Shown: positions 39,390 to 49,600 of the stretch, piece by piece | Numbering within the stretch: position 1 is the first letter of the stretch | Layout: each line of letters begins with the position of its first letter | Virus record (IMG/VR): IMGVR_UViG_3300042731_007874 | DNA length: 64,000 bases | Reading direction: 5' to 3' (one strand) | Origin: a virus | Program-made: the position numbers and the translations under genes | Notes under the pieces: model-generated | What the model was told of the DNA's origin: nothing | The model's input: only the letters and a program-made list of their open reading frames with translations | Databases searched by the model: none

Positions 39390-39582
39390 GATATTTACTT
39401 ACCATGTATGGCATTAAAATATAAGAGGTAAAATGATCTAGGGTAACATATTCGTGCCAGCCTCCATGTTTATGATAGTCAAGGTTTTCTTGAAGAAAAA
39501 TCTTTTTCCCTTTTATTTGATATACATATATCTGTTTTGAAAAGTTATCCATTTTACTGTCCTTTCTTAATACCAATTCCAA
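39379..39582 (-). CDS. Hypothetical protein
   Basis: ORF in operon. Confidence 0.45.
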   Translation of the reverse strand: MELVLRKDSKMDNFSKQIYVYQIKGKKIFLQENLDYHKHGGWHEYVTLDHFTSYILMPYMVSKYHEN

Positions 39583-39995
39583 GAGTCATTGTATATACTA
39601 TATATCTCACCTTTATGGAGGGTTTCTCCTCCATTAGAGGCTCTGAAGATTTCTTTTGAAGAAATTATTGGCTCTTTATAAGAAACAAAAGTACACTTAA
39701 GATTTTCTATTTTTAAGACTTTTACGTTTACAAGTTTAAAATAAATATTTGGTTTTTCTAAGCTAATAATATCTACGTTTATATTAGAAGGAAGCAACTC
39801 TGTTTCTTTTATTTCTTTACATAATGTAAAACTACCTTCTATCTTAGGAGGTATCATTAAAGCAGAATAGGAATTTTGCGTAGTTGATTGTTTATATTCT
39901 AAATAATTTATAGAAGAAATTCCTGTAATATTTGATACTCTATAAGTAATAGACATAGAGATTTTATTATTGTCTGGGTTGTCAAAATATCTCAT
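39567..39995 (-). CDS. Hypothetical protein
   Basis: ORF in operon. Confidence 0.5.
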   Translation of the reverse strand: MRYFDNPDNNKISMSITYRVSNITGISSINYLEYKQSTTQNSYSALMIPPKIEGSFTLCKEIKETELLPSNINVDIISLEKPNIYFKLVNVKVLKIENLKCTFVSYKEPIISSKEIFRASNGGETLHKGEIYSIYNDSWNWY

Positions 39996-40006
39996 TTTAT
40001 ATTCTC

Positions 40007-40432
40007 TTATATTTTTATTTTTTCTATTCCTATTTTCGCGGTTTTAAGAATTTGATTAGCTTCTGTATTTCGATAGTCTTCTAGATAATATATTTTCTGA
40101 ACACCGCCAAGCTGAATTAAACGTTTAGCGCACATCTTACATGGAGATACTGTTATAAAGACAAGCTTTGGTGTAGATATAGGTTCAGAGCATGAAATAA
40201 TAGCATTCTCTTCAGCATGTAAACATCCACAATTACCAACTTCTGAACTATCACAAGAATTGGGAAGAGAAACAGCATTTCCATTATATCCAATTGACAA
40301 TACACGTCTAAAGTCACTTGAAGTAATTACACAACCAACTTGTTTTCTAGAACAAGTAGAACGTTTAGCAATAGTTATAGCTAATTGTATATAAATTTCT
40401 TGAAAAGATGGCCTATTATTAGAGCTTGACAT
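40007..40432 (-). CDS. dCMP deaminase (ComEB-like)
   Basis: RSTC.R.QVG, GYNG, HAE.NA, PC.MC. Confidence 0.93.
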   Translation of the reverse strand: MSSSNNRPSFQEIYIQLAITIAKRSTCSRKQVGCVITSSDFRRVLSIGYNGNAVSLPNSCDSSEVGNCGCLHAEENAIISCSEPISTPKLVFITVSPCKMCAKRLIQLGGVQKIYYLEDYRNTEANQILKTAKIGIEKIKI

Positions 40433-41477
40433 TAGAGTTTACTCGATCAGAGACTTTGTTAAACTTACTTATAATAGCCTCTGGTAGAGAAATGTTTAAT
40501 TTGTCAGCAAGGAGATCTAGATAAGTTACTGTATCGGCAATTTCATCTGCTATTTCTTTAGTAGAAATATTTTCTCCTCTTCGAAGCTTTTTGATCTTAT
40601 TACATAATTCGCCCATTGCCACACGAGCCCAGTTTGTGAGACTCCAGTCTTCAGCTATTTTGTAAGATTTCTGTCTTTCTTTATTCTTTTTTCTTAGTAC
40701 GTTAAAACTCAAGTCTATTACTTCTAGTCCTTTTGAGAGACTTTCTCTGAATTCTTTTTGTTCTTTTTGAGACTCTATGAAACTTTCAGTCTTAATCATC
40801 TCTTCAACTTGTTTTGCTTTGTTGCCATGAGGGAAAAAGCAAACAATCTTTTTATCTACTGTCCAAGGCGTTGCATTCATACAAATTCTGCATTTATCAC
40901 AGGTAACACCTTCTGACATTTCTCTACAAGCGGTTAGTTCCCAACCTCTATAAGAAATAGTTCCCTTAAAAGGTTTATATCTAATCATAGCTGGAGTATA
41001 ACCTCTGCTATATGCTTGTTCTGCTTCTTCCATTGTTTCACAACTCGCCAGAACAGAGATCCAGCCCCAAGCTGATCTTGGGATGGTTTTCCAACTGTGA
41101 GTATATGTCCATACTGGAGGAGTATTCATCTTAGAAGATCGTCTTTTATAATTTTCGGCGGCATCGGCTAAAACTTTAGCTGCTCCTATAGTTCGACAGT
41201 CTCCAACAATATGTAGTCTTAAAGGTTTATTTGCTGGAAGCTTATCAATTTCTTTTGCTTCGGCCCGCGCAATATCAATAGGTCTTAGTCTATTTCTTTT
41301 AGAGGCTTCTCTATCTAATCGATTAGTAGTGAAGGCACAATGTCCTCCTTGCGCATAACATCCTTTGTTTAATAGCTTACAAGTCTTTGGACAAGAAGCG
41401 GTTGTTACATAAGTAACAGCAACATCTCCTACTTTACTGTTCTTACTATCTTGAACTGCAATTGCTAACTTATTCAT
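40419..41477 (-). CDS. Cys-rich (gp88-like) domain fused to a MazG-like pyrophosphohydrolase
   Basis: CPKTC....GCYA, LRLH..GD, WTYTH, CDKCRIC; C-terminal GELCN.IKK...EIADE.AD..TYLDLLA. Confidence 0.7.
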   Translation of the reverse strand: MNKLAIAVQDSKNSKVGDVAVTYVTTASCPKTCKLLNKGCYAQGGHCAFTTNRLDREASKRNRLRPIDIARAEAKEIDKLPANKPLRLHIVGDCRTIGAAKVLADAAENYKRRSSKMNTPPVWTYTHSWKTIPRSAWGWISVLASCETMEEAEQAYSRGYTPAMIRYKPFKGTISYRGWELTACREMSEGVTCDKCRICMNATPWTVDKKIVCFFPHGNKAKQVEEMIKTESFIESQKEQKEFRESLSKGLEVIDLSFNVLRKKNKERQKSYKIAEDWSLTNWARVAMGELCNKIKKLRRGENISTKEIADEIADTVTYLDLLADKLNISLPEAIISKFNKVSDRVNSNVKL

Positions 41478-41490
41478 TTTCTATCCTTTG

Positions 41491-42474
41491 TTATTCAATT
41501 CCTCTGTTTGATAAAACTTCTTCTTTAATTTTTTCTAGTGTTTTTGGAGTATCTTTAAGCCATTGTAATGTATTTGCTTTTCCTTGTCCTATGTTATTTT
41601 CTTCGTAAGAGAACCATGCTCCGGATTTCTTTATAATTCCATCTTCAACAGCTAAATCCAGTAGTTCTGAATCTTGATCAATTCCTTTACCAAAAATCAG
41701 ATCAAACTCTGCTTCTTTAAATGGAGCAGATAATTTATTTTTTAAAACTTTTACTTTAGTCCTGTTCCCAACCACTTTATCTCCAAGCTTGACATCTCCT
41801 ATCCTTCTAATTTCTAGTCGATGAGAGGCATAATATTTTAGAGCGTTTCCGCCAGTTCCAATATTGGGATTGCCATACATTACATTAATCTTACTTCTAA
41901 ACTGGTTTAAGAATAGAATTGTAGTGTTTGTATTAGCGGCGGCTCCGGTAATCATTCTCATTGCTTGACTCATCATCCGCGCTTGACGTCCAACATGATT
42001 ATCGATTATTTCTCCATCAAGCTCAGCTTTTGGGGTAAGAGCAGCAACCGAATCAATAACTATAAGGGCAACTTCTCCGGTCTCTGCTAACTTTTTGGCA
42101 ATATCTAGTCCTTGTTCTCCGTAGTCAGGTTGAGAAAGAATCATTTTACTCAAATCCACACCAAGAGTCTGACAGTAAGACAAATCTAAGCTATGTTCTG
42201 CATCTATATAAGCAGCAATTTGTCCTTGCTTTTGGACATTTGCAACCGCATGCAATGCAGCTGTTGTTTTACCACTTTGTTCTTGTCCAATTATCTCTAC
42301 AATTCTTCCTCTTCGATAACCGCCAATACCAAGAGCTAGATCTAAATTAATGGATCCCGTTTTAATAATATCTTCTGGTTGTATTTTCGGAACTTCATTA
42401 AAGGAAGTAGCTGCTCCTTCTCCATATATTTTATTAATTGTTTTTACGACTATGTCTAAAGTATCTTTTGTCAT
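41491..42474 (-). CDS. recA: RecA recombinase
   Basis: TGS..LD.ALGIGG..RGRIVEI.G...SGKTT, IDAEH, SQPD.GEQ, DSVAAL.PKAE, GGNALKYYAS.RLEIRR, KNK..APFK, KSGAWFSY. Confidence 0.97.
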   Translation of the reverse strand: MTKDTLDIVVKTINKIYGEGAATSFNEVPKIQPEDIIKTGSINLDLALGIGGYRRGRIVEIIGQEQSGKTTAALHAVANVQKQGQIAAYIDAEHSLDLSYCQTLGVDLSKMILSQPDYGEQGLDIAKKLAETGEVALIVIDSVAALTPKAELDGEIIDNHVGRQARMMSQAMRMITGAAANTNTTILFLNQFRSKINVMYGNPNIGTGGNALKYYASHRLEIRRIGDVKLGDKVVGNRTKVKVLKNKLSAPFKEAEFDLIFGKGIDQDSELLDLAVEDGIIKKSGAWFSYEENNIGQGKANTLQWLKDTPKTLEKIKEEVLSNRGIE

Positions 42475-42490
42475 TTAGTTTCCTCAATAA

Positions 42491-42781
42491 TTAAAAATGT
42501 ATTTCTCTCCAAATAGATGTTGAATCTTCAGCTGTTATAGAAAGATTTTCTTTTTGATCAATGTTGTTCTTGTATAGATAGATCAATCTTTCTATATACC
42601 ACTTTGCTTTTTCCAGGTCTTCGGCTCCTCCTTTATCTTTATATCTACAAATATATTTAATAATATTTGACTCGTGAGGACCAAGTTCTTGGTCTTCTAT
42701 GAATTCTATAGGATGTATTTTGCCTTTATAATGGTTGTCTTTATTTCCGGGTGCAAATTTAAGGTGTTCTTTTAGATTCAT
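42491..42781 (-). CDS. DUF3310 family protein
   Basis: HYKG.I.PIEFI, NIIKY..RY..K.G.EDLEKAKWY. Confidence 0.85.
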   Translation of the reverse strand: MNLKEHLKFAPGNKDNHYKGKIHPIEFIEDQELGPHESNIIKYICRYKDKGGAEDLEKAKWYIERLIYLYKNNIDQKENLSITAEDSTSIWREIHF

Positions 42782-43292
42782 TTAAACTCCTTTTTCTTAA
42801 ATATTCTTTTTTCTTTTTGAGCTGTCGTCCAATTTCTTTTCTCTTTTCTATTCTCCACTTGGAGATATCAAATTCTTGTAACTGAGAGAGAAGATCTTGT
42901 AAAGTAATTTCTTTTATTGTTTTTACGACTTTATATTCAGTTGTTTCTGGAGTATATTTTTTACCACAGCAAGTGTATTTTTCTGATGCAAAAACACTCA
43001 TATAAAGATTATGTTTTTTCTTACAGATTGGACAAATAAACTGAACTATATAATCATCATAGAAAATATAGTGATTATCTGAAAACAAAAAAGAATTAGC
43101 AGATAAAAGAATTTCTTTATCTTCTTCTTCAAGTTGGTCATTATCGATTTTTATTATTCCCAAAACAATATCTTGAATTGCTTTTTCAATTACTTCTTTC
43201 CAGAGGCTCGCAACAAAAATTCTTGTATTTACGTTTGAATGAGAAAATAAAATTAGGTTTCTTTCGATAGTATCATCATATTTTGGTCTCAT
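42759..43292 (-). CDS. Hypothetical protein with a zinc-finger-like CPIC...CC motif
   Basis: SD AGGAG; lies downstream of a consensus promoter. Confidence 0.55.
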   Translation of the reverse strand: MRPKYDDTIERNLILFSHSNVNTRIFVASLWKEVIEKAIQDIVLGIIKIDNDQLEEEDKEILLSANSFLFSDNHYIFYDDYIVQFICPICKKKHNLYMSVFASEKYTCCGKKYTPETTEYKVVKTIKEITLQDLLSQLQEFDISKWRIEKRKEIGRQLKKKKEYLRKRSLNESKRTP

Positions 43293-43312
43293 CTTAACTC
43301 CTTGTCTTTTTT

Positions 43313-43340
43313 ATTATATTAGAACTAGGAGCTAAGTCAA
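43313..43340 (-). promoter_or_regulatory. Sigma70/sigmaA-type promoter
   Basis: TTGACT-N16-TATAAT in a rare intergenic gap, followed by SD AGGAG and ATG 43292. Confidence 0.75.
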
Positions 43341-43362
43341 TGTTATTAATTTTGTTTAGTTC

Positions 43363-43668
43363 TTATATTTCTAAAGAATCAATATGTTCATTTAGGGAAG
43401 GATTATCAAGTTCATGTTCATTTACAACTAACCATTTAGCAGCTTCTTCTTCTGAAATTTCTTCCCATGATGGACGAGAATCTTGATATTGAGAGGAATG
43501 ATAAAGAACCCATTTCCCTTTCTTTGTCTTATAGAGAGTTTCGTGACTCCATTGAGAACATGTTGCTTTTGATATATTGTTGTTTCCATTCCAGTAGGTG
43601 TCTTCTTCAAAAACTGTTGCTTTGTCAATATCAAACCAAGTTCCATCATCTAAAGATTGTCTTTTCAT
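43363..43668 (-). CDS. Hypothetical phage protein
   Basis: SD GGAG; ETLY.T.KG.W.L motif. Confidence 0.6.
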   Translation of the reverse strand: MKRQSLDDGTWFDIDKATVFEEDTYWNGNNNISKATCSQWSHETLYKTKKGKWVLYHSSQYQDSRPSWEEISEEEAAKWLVVNEHELDNPSLNEHIDSLEI

Positions 43669-44177
43669 TTCTTATCTCCTTCCTGTTGTTTATTTTGTTC
43701 TTCTAATTCTATTTGACTATAAGCACTTTCTTCATGAATGCTTCCAAAGCAAAAATCTTCTCCTCTTAGATAGGCAGTAAGCCAATTGGCAGCCCAAGGA
43801 AATCCGCCCAATAACCAAACAACACCACATGTAATGAAAGTTGGAATATAAATAGCATGAAACAATCCTACACATAGAGCAAAAACAGCAAGGACAAATG
43901 TAAATAACATATTTGCTTCAAATTGTTCTACATGGATTAGTTCATGATTTAAAGTTTTCTCTAGGTAATTATACCGTAGCCAGCCACCATGACCAAAAGT
44001 TGTTCCGTTCCATTCCTTGTACCAGGTTCTCATTGGCCATGAATCTTTCTTAAATTCACACCATAACCCATCTTCCCAAAATAATTTATCTCCCCAAAGA
44101 ATATAAGAGAAGAAGATAATCAACCAAACAGTTAAGTCCCAAGGTAGACAAACAAAATATAAAAGTAATCTTTTCAT
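43665..44177 (-). CDS. Membrane protein with an HExxH metalloprotease-like motif
   Basis: TT.GHG...HELIHVEQ plus hydrophobic segments. Confidence 0.6.
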   Translation of the reverse strand: MKRLLLYFVCLPWDLTVWLIIFFSYILWGDKLFWEDGLWCEFKKDSWPMRTWYKEWNGTTFGHGGWLRYNYLEKTLNHELIHVEQFEANMLFTFVLAVFALCVGLFHAIYIPTFITCGVVWLLGGFPWAANWLTAYLRGEDFCFGSIHEESAYSQIELEEQNKQQEGDKK

Positions 44178-44476
44178 CCTTCTTCTCCTATATATAGCTC
44201 GTAATCTAGTTCTAATGTTGGAATGAATTCTTCTTCGTCTTCTACTGCTGAATAGAATTGAATAGATACTCCTTTTAAATTAGAAGTGTCTAGTAGTTTA
44301 GCAGACCAATCAGAATAAAATACAATTGGGATTGGATCTTCTGTTATGATCATATAAACATTTTTTATCCAAAGCGCCGCTACAAAATGGCATTCTCTAA
44401 ATTCTTTTTGACTAAATAAAACTGATTGTAAATATCTACTTACTTTTTGTCTCTTCTCTAATGAAATTTTATTCAT
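44174..44476 (-). CDS. Hypothetical protein
   Basis: Overlapping operon ORF. Confidence 0.5.
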   Translation of the reverse strand: MNKISLEKRQKVSRYLQSVLFSQKEFRECHFVAALWIKNVYMIITEDPIPIVFYSDWSAKLLDTSNLKGVSIQFYSAVEDEEEFIPTLELDYELYIGEEG

Positions 44477-44670
44477 TACTTTTCCTTATTATGTAAATAA
44501 ATAACATTATCTTTTATTGGTTCTTCTTCAGTTTCTTCTATCCATACAACTATATCTAAACTTTTTAGAATATCAATAAGTAGTTCTTGTGCTCTTTCTT
44601 CAGAATCTACTACGAATTCTTTAGTTCTATTTTTACCGGCGGCAACCGAAACACCTACTTTGTAACTCAT
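44476..44670 (-). CDS. Hypothetical protein
   Basis: Overlapping operon ORF. Confidence 0.5.
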   Translation of the reverse strand: MSYKVGVSVAAGKNRTKEFVVDSEERAQELLIDILKSLDIVVWIEETEEEPIKDNVIYLHNKEK

Positions 44671-44960
44671 AACTCTTCCTTAATAAATACTTTATTATCT
44701 TTTATAACAATGTCAAAGATTTCATATTTTTGTAATTTATTATTCCATATATATAAACTTTTATATTTTTTACAGAACTTTAAAAATTCATCTAAAATTT
44801 CTTCTGGATTTTCTCCCCAGATAAAAGTTGGTATTCTAAATTTATTGTCTTTGTTAAAATAGATAGGGACTTTTGTATTAAATTCAACAACATAAGAGGT
44901 CCCGCCTAGAAAACTTTTAGTTGTTTCTAGTTTTAATTCTTTTAAATCTTTTTGTTTCAT
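44667..44960 (-). CDS. Hypothetical protein
   Basis: Overlapping operon ORF. Confidence 0.5.
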   Translation of the reverse strand: MKQKDLKELKLETTKSFLGGTSYVVEFNTKVPIYFNKDNKFRIPTFIWGENPEEILDEFLKFCKKYKSLYIWNNKLQKYEIFDIVIKDNKVFIKEEL

Positions 44961-45235
44961 TTATTATTTCCTATAAAAATCCCATTGTCCCATATTATCT
45001 TTTCTATATGAGTATAATGATTAACCCAATAACACGAAGAATCTTGGAAGTAAAGTCTTTGGACTTCTATTTTCCAGTCATAGAGTGCAATTCTATATAT
45101 ATTTTCTCTTGTTTCATAATATATTCCTGGCTGAAGCAAACAACGGACAGAGCTTTTCTTGTTGTACCATATAAAATTAGAGTCTTTTTCCTTAAACTCC
45201 CAAAACTTTTTATTATGTCTTAGTTTAACTAACAT
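44957..45235 (-). CDS. Hypothetical protein
   Basis: Overlapping operon ORF. Confidence 0.45.
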   Translation of the reverse strand: MLVKLRHNKKFWEFKEKDSNFIWYNKKSSVRCLLQPGIYYETRENIYRIALYDWKIEVQRLYFQDSSCYWVNHYTHIEKIIWDNGIFIGNNK

Positions 45236-45245
45236 TATTTACCTA

Positions 45246-45680
45246 TTAATGACAGAGTTTATATTTATCCTCACAGCAAATATGACCTTTATATATCTTC
45301 CCATTTTTAACTGCTTTATAGGCATAGAAGTCTTCTTCACAATGATACCTGTTAAAAAGAATATTTCTTTCTAAAGAAATAACTCTATCGAATTTCCTTA
45401 ATGGCCTAACATTGAAAACATAATGAGTCGGATCTTTTATTTCTAATGAATGAAAAGCCCATATCGGGTAAGAAAAAAGTCCTGTAAGAGAAATAGTGAC
45501 AACAAGTATAATTATATATGCTAAAAAAACTCTGATATATTCTTTGAGTTTAAGTTTTCTTTTTGGTTTGGTATTATTTAAGTTATCTTTTACTAAAAAC
45601 TCTTTTGCTTCCAGGGCTTTCTTTTTATACTTATCTAATCTTTTTACAAAGTTATCAATCTTTTTAACTGTATCTTCCAT
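45246..45680 (-). CDS. Single-TM membrane protein
   Basis: Hydrophobic stretch FLAYIIILVVTISLTGLFSYPIWA. Confidence 0.5.
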   Translation of the reverse strand: MEDTVKKIDNFVKRLDKYKKKALEAKEFLVKDNLNNTKPKRKLKLKEYIRVFLAYIIILVVTISLTGLFSYPIWAFHSLEIKDPTHYVFNVRPLRKFDRVISLERNILFNRYHCEEDFYAYKAVKNGKIYKGHICCEDKYKLCH

Positions 45681-45910
45681 TACTCTACCTCGTTTATAGG
45701 CTCTGGAATCTCTTTACCTGTCTTGATTGCAGTTTCAAGCCAGGCTTGCAACGCATCATTGAGCATTTCAAGTGCGTCCTCCTTATTATTTCCAACCGTC
45801 ATACACCCAGGTAGTTCTTCTATTTTTGCAAACCAGCTACCATCACTATCAAGGATCAATATCTTCGTATAAGGCAGATTCATGTAATATTTTGCATTTT
45901 TTTCATTCAT
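45680..45910 (-). CDS. hicB: HicB-family antitoxin (HicA-binding domain only)
   Basis: Y...L..D.DG.W.A.I.ELPGC.T.G...E.ALE...DA...WLE.....G.EIPEP. Confidence 0.88.
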   Translation of the reverse strand: MNEKNAKYYMNLPYTKILILDSDGSWFAKIEELPGCMTVGNNKEDALEMLNDALQAWLETAIKTGKEIPEPINEVE

Positions 45911-46154
45911 TTTTATCTCTAATGTAGTCTAATATCTTAAGATATAGCTTAGTTCCATTAAAATTTAATTTATCAAGGTTGTCTGTAAATCTAAGTGTTT
46001 CTTCTTTTGAAAGTTGAGATAAACTACATATTTCATTATGGATTTTTTCTCTTATCTTATCTAATCCATAAATTCCTTTCCCAGAATACTTTAATATATC
46101 TTTTACTGAATAAATATATTCCCAACATTTTAGTTCTAGTTTGTCAACAGTCAT
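45903..46154 (-). CDS. Hypothetical protein
   Basis: Operon ORF. Confidence 0.5.
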   Translation of the reverse strand: MTVDKLELKCWEYIYSVKDILKYSGKGIYGLDKIREKIHNEICSLSQLSKEETLRFTDNLDKLNFNGTKLYLKILDYIRDKNE

Positions 46155-46192
46155 TATTATCTCATTAGTGAAGAATCATATAAATATCGATC

Positions 46193-46645
46193 CTATCTTT
46201 TTTGTTTCTCTTCTGCTAGTTTATTTGCTTCTGACAAAGAAGAAATTACTATCTCATTTTCTTTGAAGGAATTATTAATAATAATCCGATTATGATAAGT
46301 AATATTAAGTATCTCTATTTCTTTTGCGAAATATCTTCTTTCTTCTTCGTATCTTACTTTTACTCTTCTTGTACCTCTTTGTTCGTAGATTGGTTTTGTT
46401 ACTCTATAAGAACATATAATTATTTTATCTCCGATTTTATATTTGAAATTTGCAAGAGCTTTTTCTTTTTCTTCTTGATATTTCTTTTCTTGTTCTTGTT
46501 GTTGTATTTTTCTTTTCTCTACTGCTTCTGGTCGATTTGGACACTTTTCTAAATGATTAAGATAACCTTTTTCTGTCTTCCATTTTGGTTTTGGAAATCT
46601 TGGATCTCCGCAATTATATGGACATCTATAATATTTCATTTTCAA
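46193..46645 (-). CDS. Hypothetical protein with an N-terminal zinc finger
   Basis: CPYNC...H..KC. Confidence 0.55.
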   Translation of the reverse strand: MKMKYYRCPYNCGDPRFPKPKWKTEKGYLNHLEKCPNRPEAVEKRKIQQQEQEKKYQEEKEKALANFKYKIGDKIIICSYRVTKPIYEQRGTRRVKVRYEEERRYFAKEIEILNITYHNRIIINNSFKENEIVISSLSEANKLAEEKQKR

Positions 46646-46666
46646 TTCCTTATTTAAATATAAAGA

Positions 46667-49600
46667 TCAGGAGCAACCCCCAAAATTTTCTCCACAATTA
46701 GTACAATAGTGACAGGTTCCGCTTTGTTGCATAAACCCGCCACATTCTGGACATACATTTTCATATGTTTGAATTCCTATTTCTTGTTTTTCTTCTTTTA
46801 TTTTATCTAGAGGTAACTCTAGTTGTTTGTTTAGAAAATTATTTTCTAACCACTTAAATATATAATCTATAATAGAAGTACAGAATCTTATATCTTCGTT
46901 TTGAGTTATTCCATTTGGTTCAAATCGTTGACCTTTAAATTTATCTACTAGGTCTTTGAGTGGAACCCCATATTGCATAGCAATGGAAACCATTGTTGCA
47001 AAGGCATCTAGCATTCCAAGTACAAAACTTCCTTGCTTCGACGCGCGGATAAAAATTTCTCCTGGCTCGCCATTCTCGTATAAACCTACATGTAGGTATC
47101 CTTCAAATCCAGCAATATCTATTTTATGTCTTATAGTTTTAATAGACGCAGGAAGCTTATTGCGGGTTGGCTGATAAATTATCTTAGTTTCAACCTTTGT
47201 CTTTTCTTTCTTTGCTTTTTTATTAGCATCACTTAGTGGTTGTAATTCTTTAGAGCCGTCTCTATAGACCGTAATACCTTTTAATCCTAGCTCCCAGGCC
47301 ATAATATATGCTCTCTCAATATCTTCCACAGTTGCCTCTGAAGGAAGATTCGTGGTCTTGCTCAACCCCATAGAGATAACTTTCTGTAGAGCAGCTGTCA
47401 TTAAGAGATGATCCTTCCAATGAATCTCGTTAGCTGTTTTTAATACTTCTGGATCTTTTTCTTTATAAAGAGTGTTATATTTTTTTACACAATCAGGAAC
47501 CCATTCTAGAGTACCACCACCAGATAATTGTTTTGTTTGTTTTAAAGCAAAGAGAGGTTCAATCCCAGTCCCACTAGAATCTACCATCATTCCTGTTGTT
47601 CCATTTGGAGCTAGTGAGGTTACTGTACAATTTCTAATTCCATGTGTAAAGATCTCATAATTATAATAGTCTTTAAGAACTTTATTATAAACATAGAGAG
47701 TTGAATCTCTTTCTTCTTCGAATCTTTTAAAAGGACCTAGTTTTTTAGATAAATTAATACTTTCTTTTGTACAAAGTTCCGTAATCATATAAATAATTCT
47801 TTGAGCAGCTTCTCTCCCCTTCTCTGAATTATAAGCAAGTCCTTTCTTGATTAGAAAACCAGCTAAATCTGTTGCTCCAATTCCTAATGGTCTTGTTTCA
47901 ATTGCTTCTTTTTTAAATTCTTCTGTTGGATAATCTGCGTTTCCAATTAAGATATCCATTGCGGTTACAACTATATTACAATCTTTTTGTAAGAGACCTT
48001 CAAGAGTATATCCCTTATTGTCTACATATTTTGATAGATTAAAACAAAACAATTGACAACATCCCCAAGGGGGAAGGTAGACCTCTCCACAATTGTGAGC
48101 AACAAAACCTTCAATGATCCCCCAATGTTTATCTGTATCAATAGAGAAATCAAAAACTTCTTCTTCTCCATTATCTTCCATCTTTATTATTTTGCTTGAA
48201 AGATCGTCAAAAGACATTATCTGTTTACCTAGCAAATCGATTGCTTTACATTTAGAACCATCTTTTAAAATCCAAATATGATCTGGTGTGCATTTAAGGA
48301 CATGTCCTTTTTCTGTTGTTAGTTTTATTGTATTTTTAATACCACTTGACCAAACTTTTCCTTTTGCTATTTGTCCATATCTGTTATTAATAGGGTTAAT
48401 AAGATCAATCTCTTCTTTAAGAAGGGCTAATTCTTTAAATGATTTTGCTCCATTTTTAGTATAAAGCCTCATATCCCCAGTAAAACATGGATTTGAACAT
48501 TCAATATCTCCAGTATTCTTTAATGGATTATAGACATTAATAGTATCGGAAAATTGTAATCCTGGATCTCCAGTATACCAAGCTTGAGTAGCGATTTTTC
48601 TAAATAAATCTTTTGCCTTAACTGTTTTTGCTATTTGTTTATTTCCTCTATTATAAAGATTCCAATCTAGATCTTCTTTTACTGCCTTCATAAACTCATC
48701 TGTAACAACAACTGAATGGTTAGCATTTTGGAAATCAACAGTAGAATAAGCTTCCTCTATTGGGATTCCAGCTTCAATTAAAGTTCTGGCTTTATTTTCT
48801 TCTTTGCTTTTGCATTCAATAAATTCTTCAATATCTGGATGATTAATATTCATTGCTACAAGGACTGCGGCGCGACGGCTGTTTGAAACAACAATGCCAG
48901 ATCCAAAAACAGTATTATTATTTTCTGGCCAAATAACATAATTATGTCCAGAATTTTTTGTTTTATCATCTGCTGTAAGACAATCAACTTCTAAAGAATA
49001 AACTTCCGAAAACCCCAACTCTTCTATAGAAATAACCTCATGGTTATTTTCTCTTATTTCTTTATAAAAGTTTTCATAAGATCCAAAATGATTTTCTATT
49101 TTTTCAAGTTGTTTTTTGTTACTTACTCCGAGTTTTCCTATTTCTTTTTTTCTTGCTTTAAGATATCTATCAAAGGTAGAAAGATCATGTCCTTTGTTTA
49201 TTAATATATAAGCTAAATTCATCATTCGTTTCTTTGTCGCAAAAGGCTGCATCTTTCTTGCACGAGAGGTTGTCATTTGTTTAGAATGAATTTCTTTAAG
49301 TTTTGCAACCTTGTCTTTATTTTGCCAAAATGGAGAAGTTCTGTGCATTGGGTTTTCTTCTCCGGATTTTCCAAAATATTGGTTTTGAAAAACATGAAGG
49401 CCTTTTTCTGCTAATTCTTTCCCATGGATAAAAGAATGCTCTTTAGGAGATAGAACCTGAAGGTTAGAAAGGTCATTATTATAGCTATTCCCGTCTATAT
49501 GATGGATAACTTTATTCTTTATTTCTTTTTTTAAGATATCTCTGACTAGCATTCGATGAAATAAGTTTTTGCCTTTTTTATTATTTCGTAAATGGATTCT

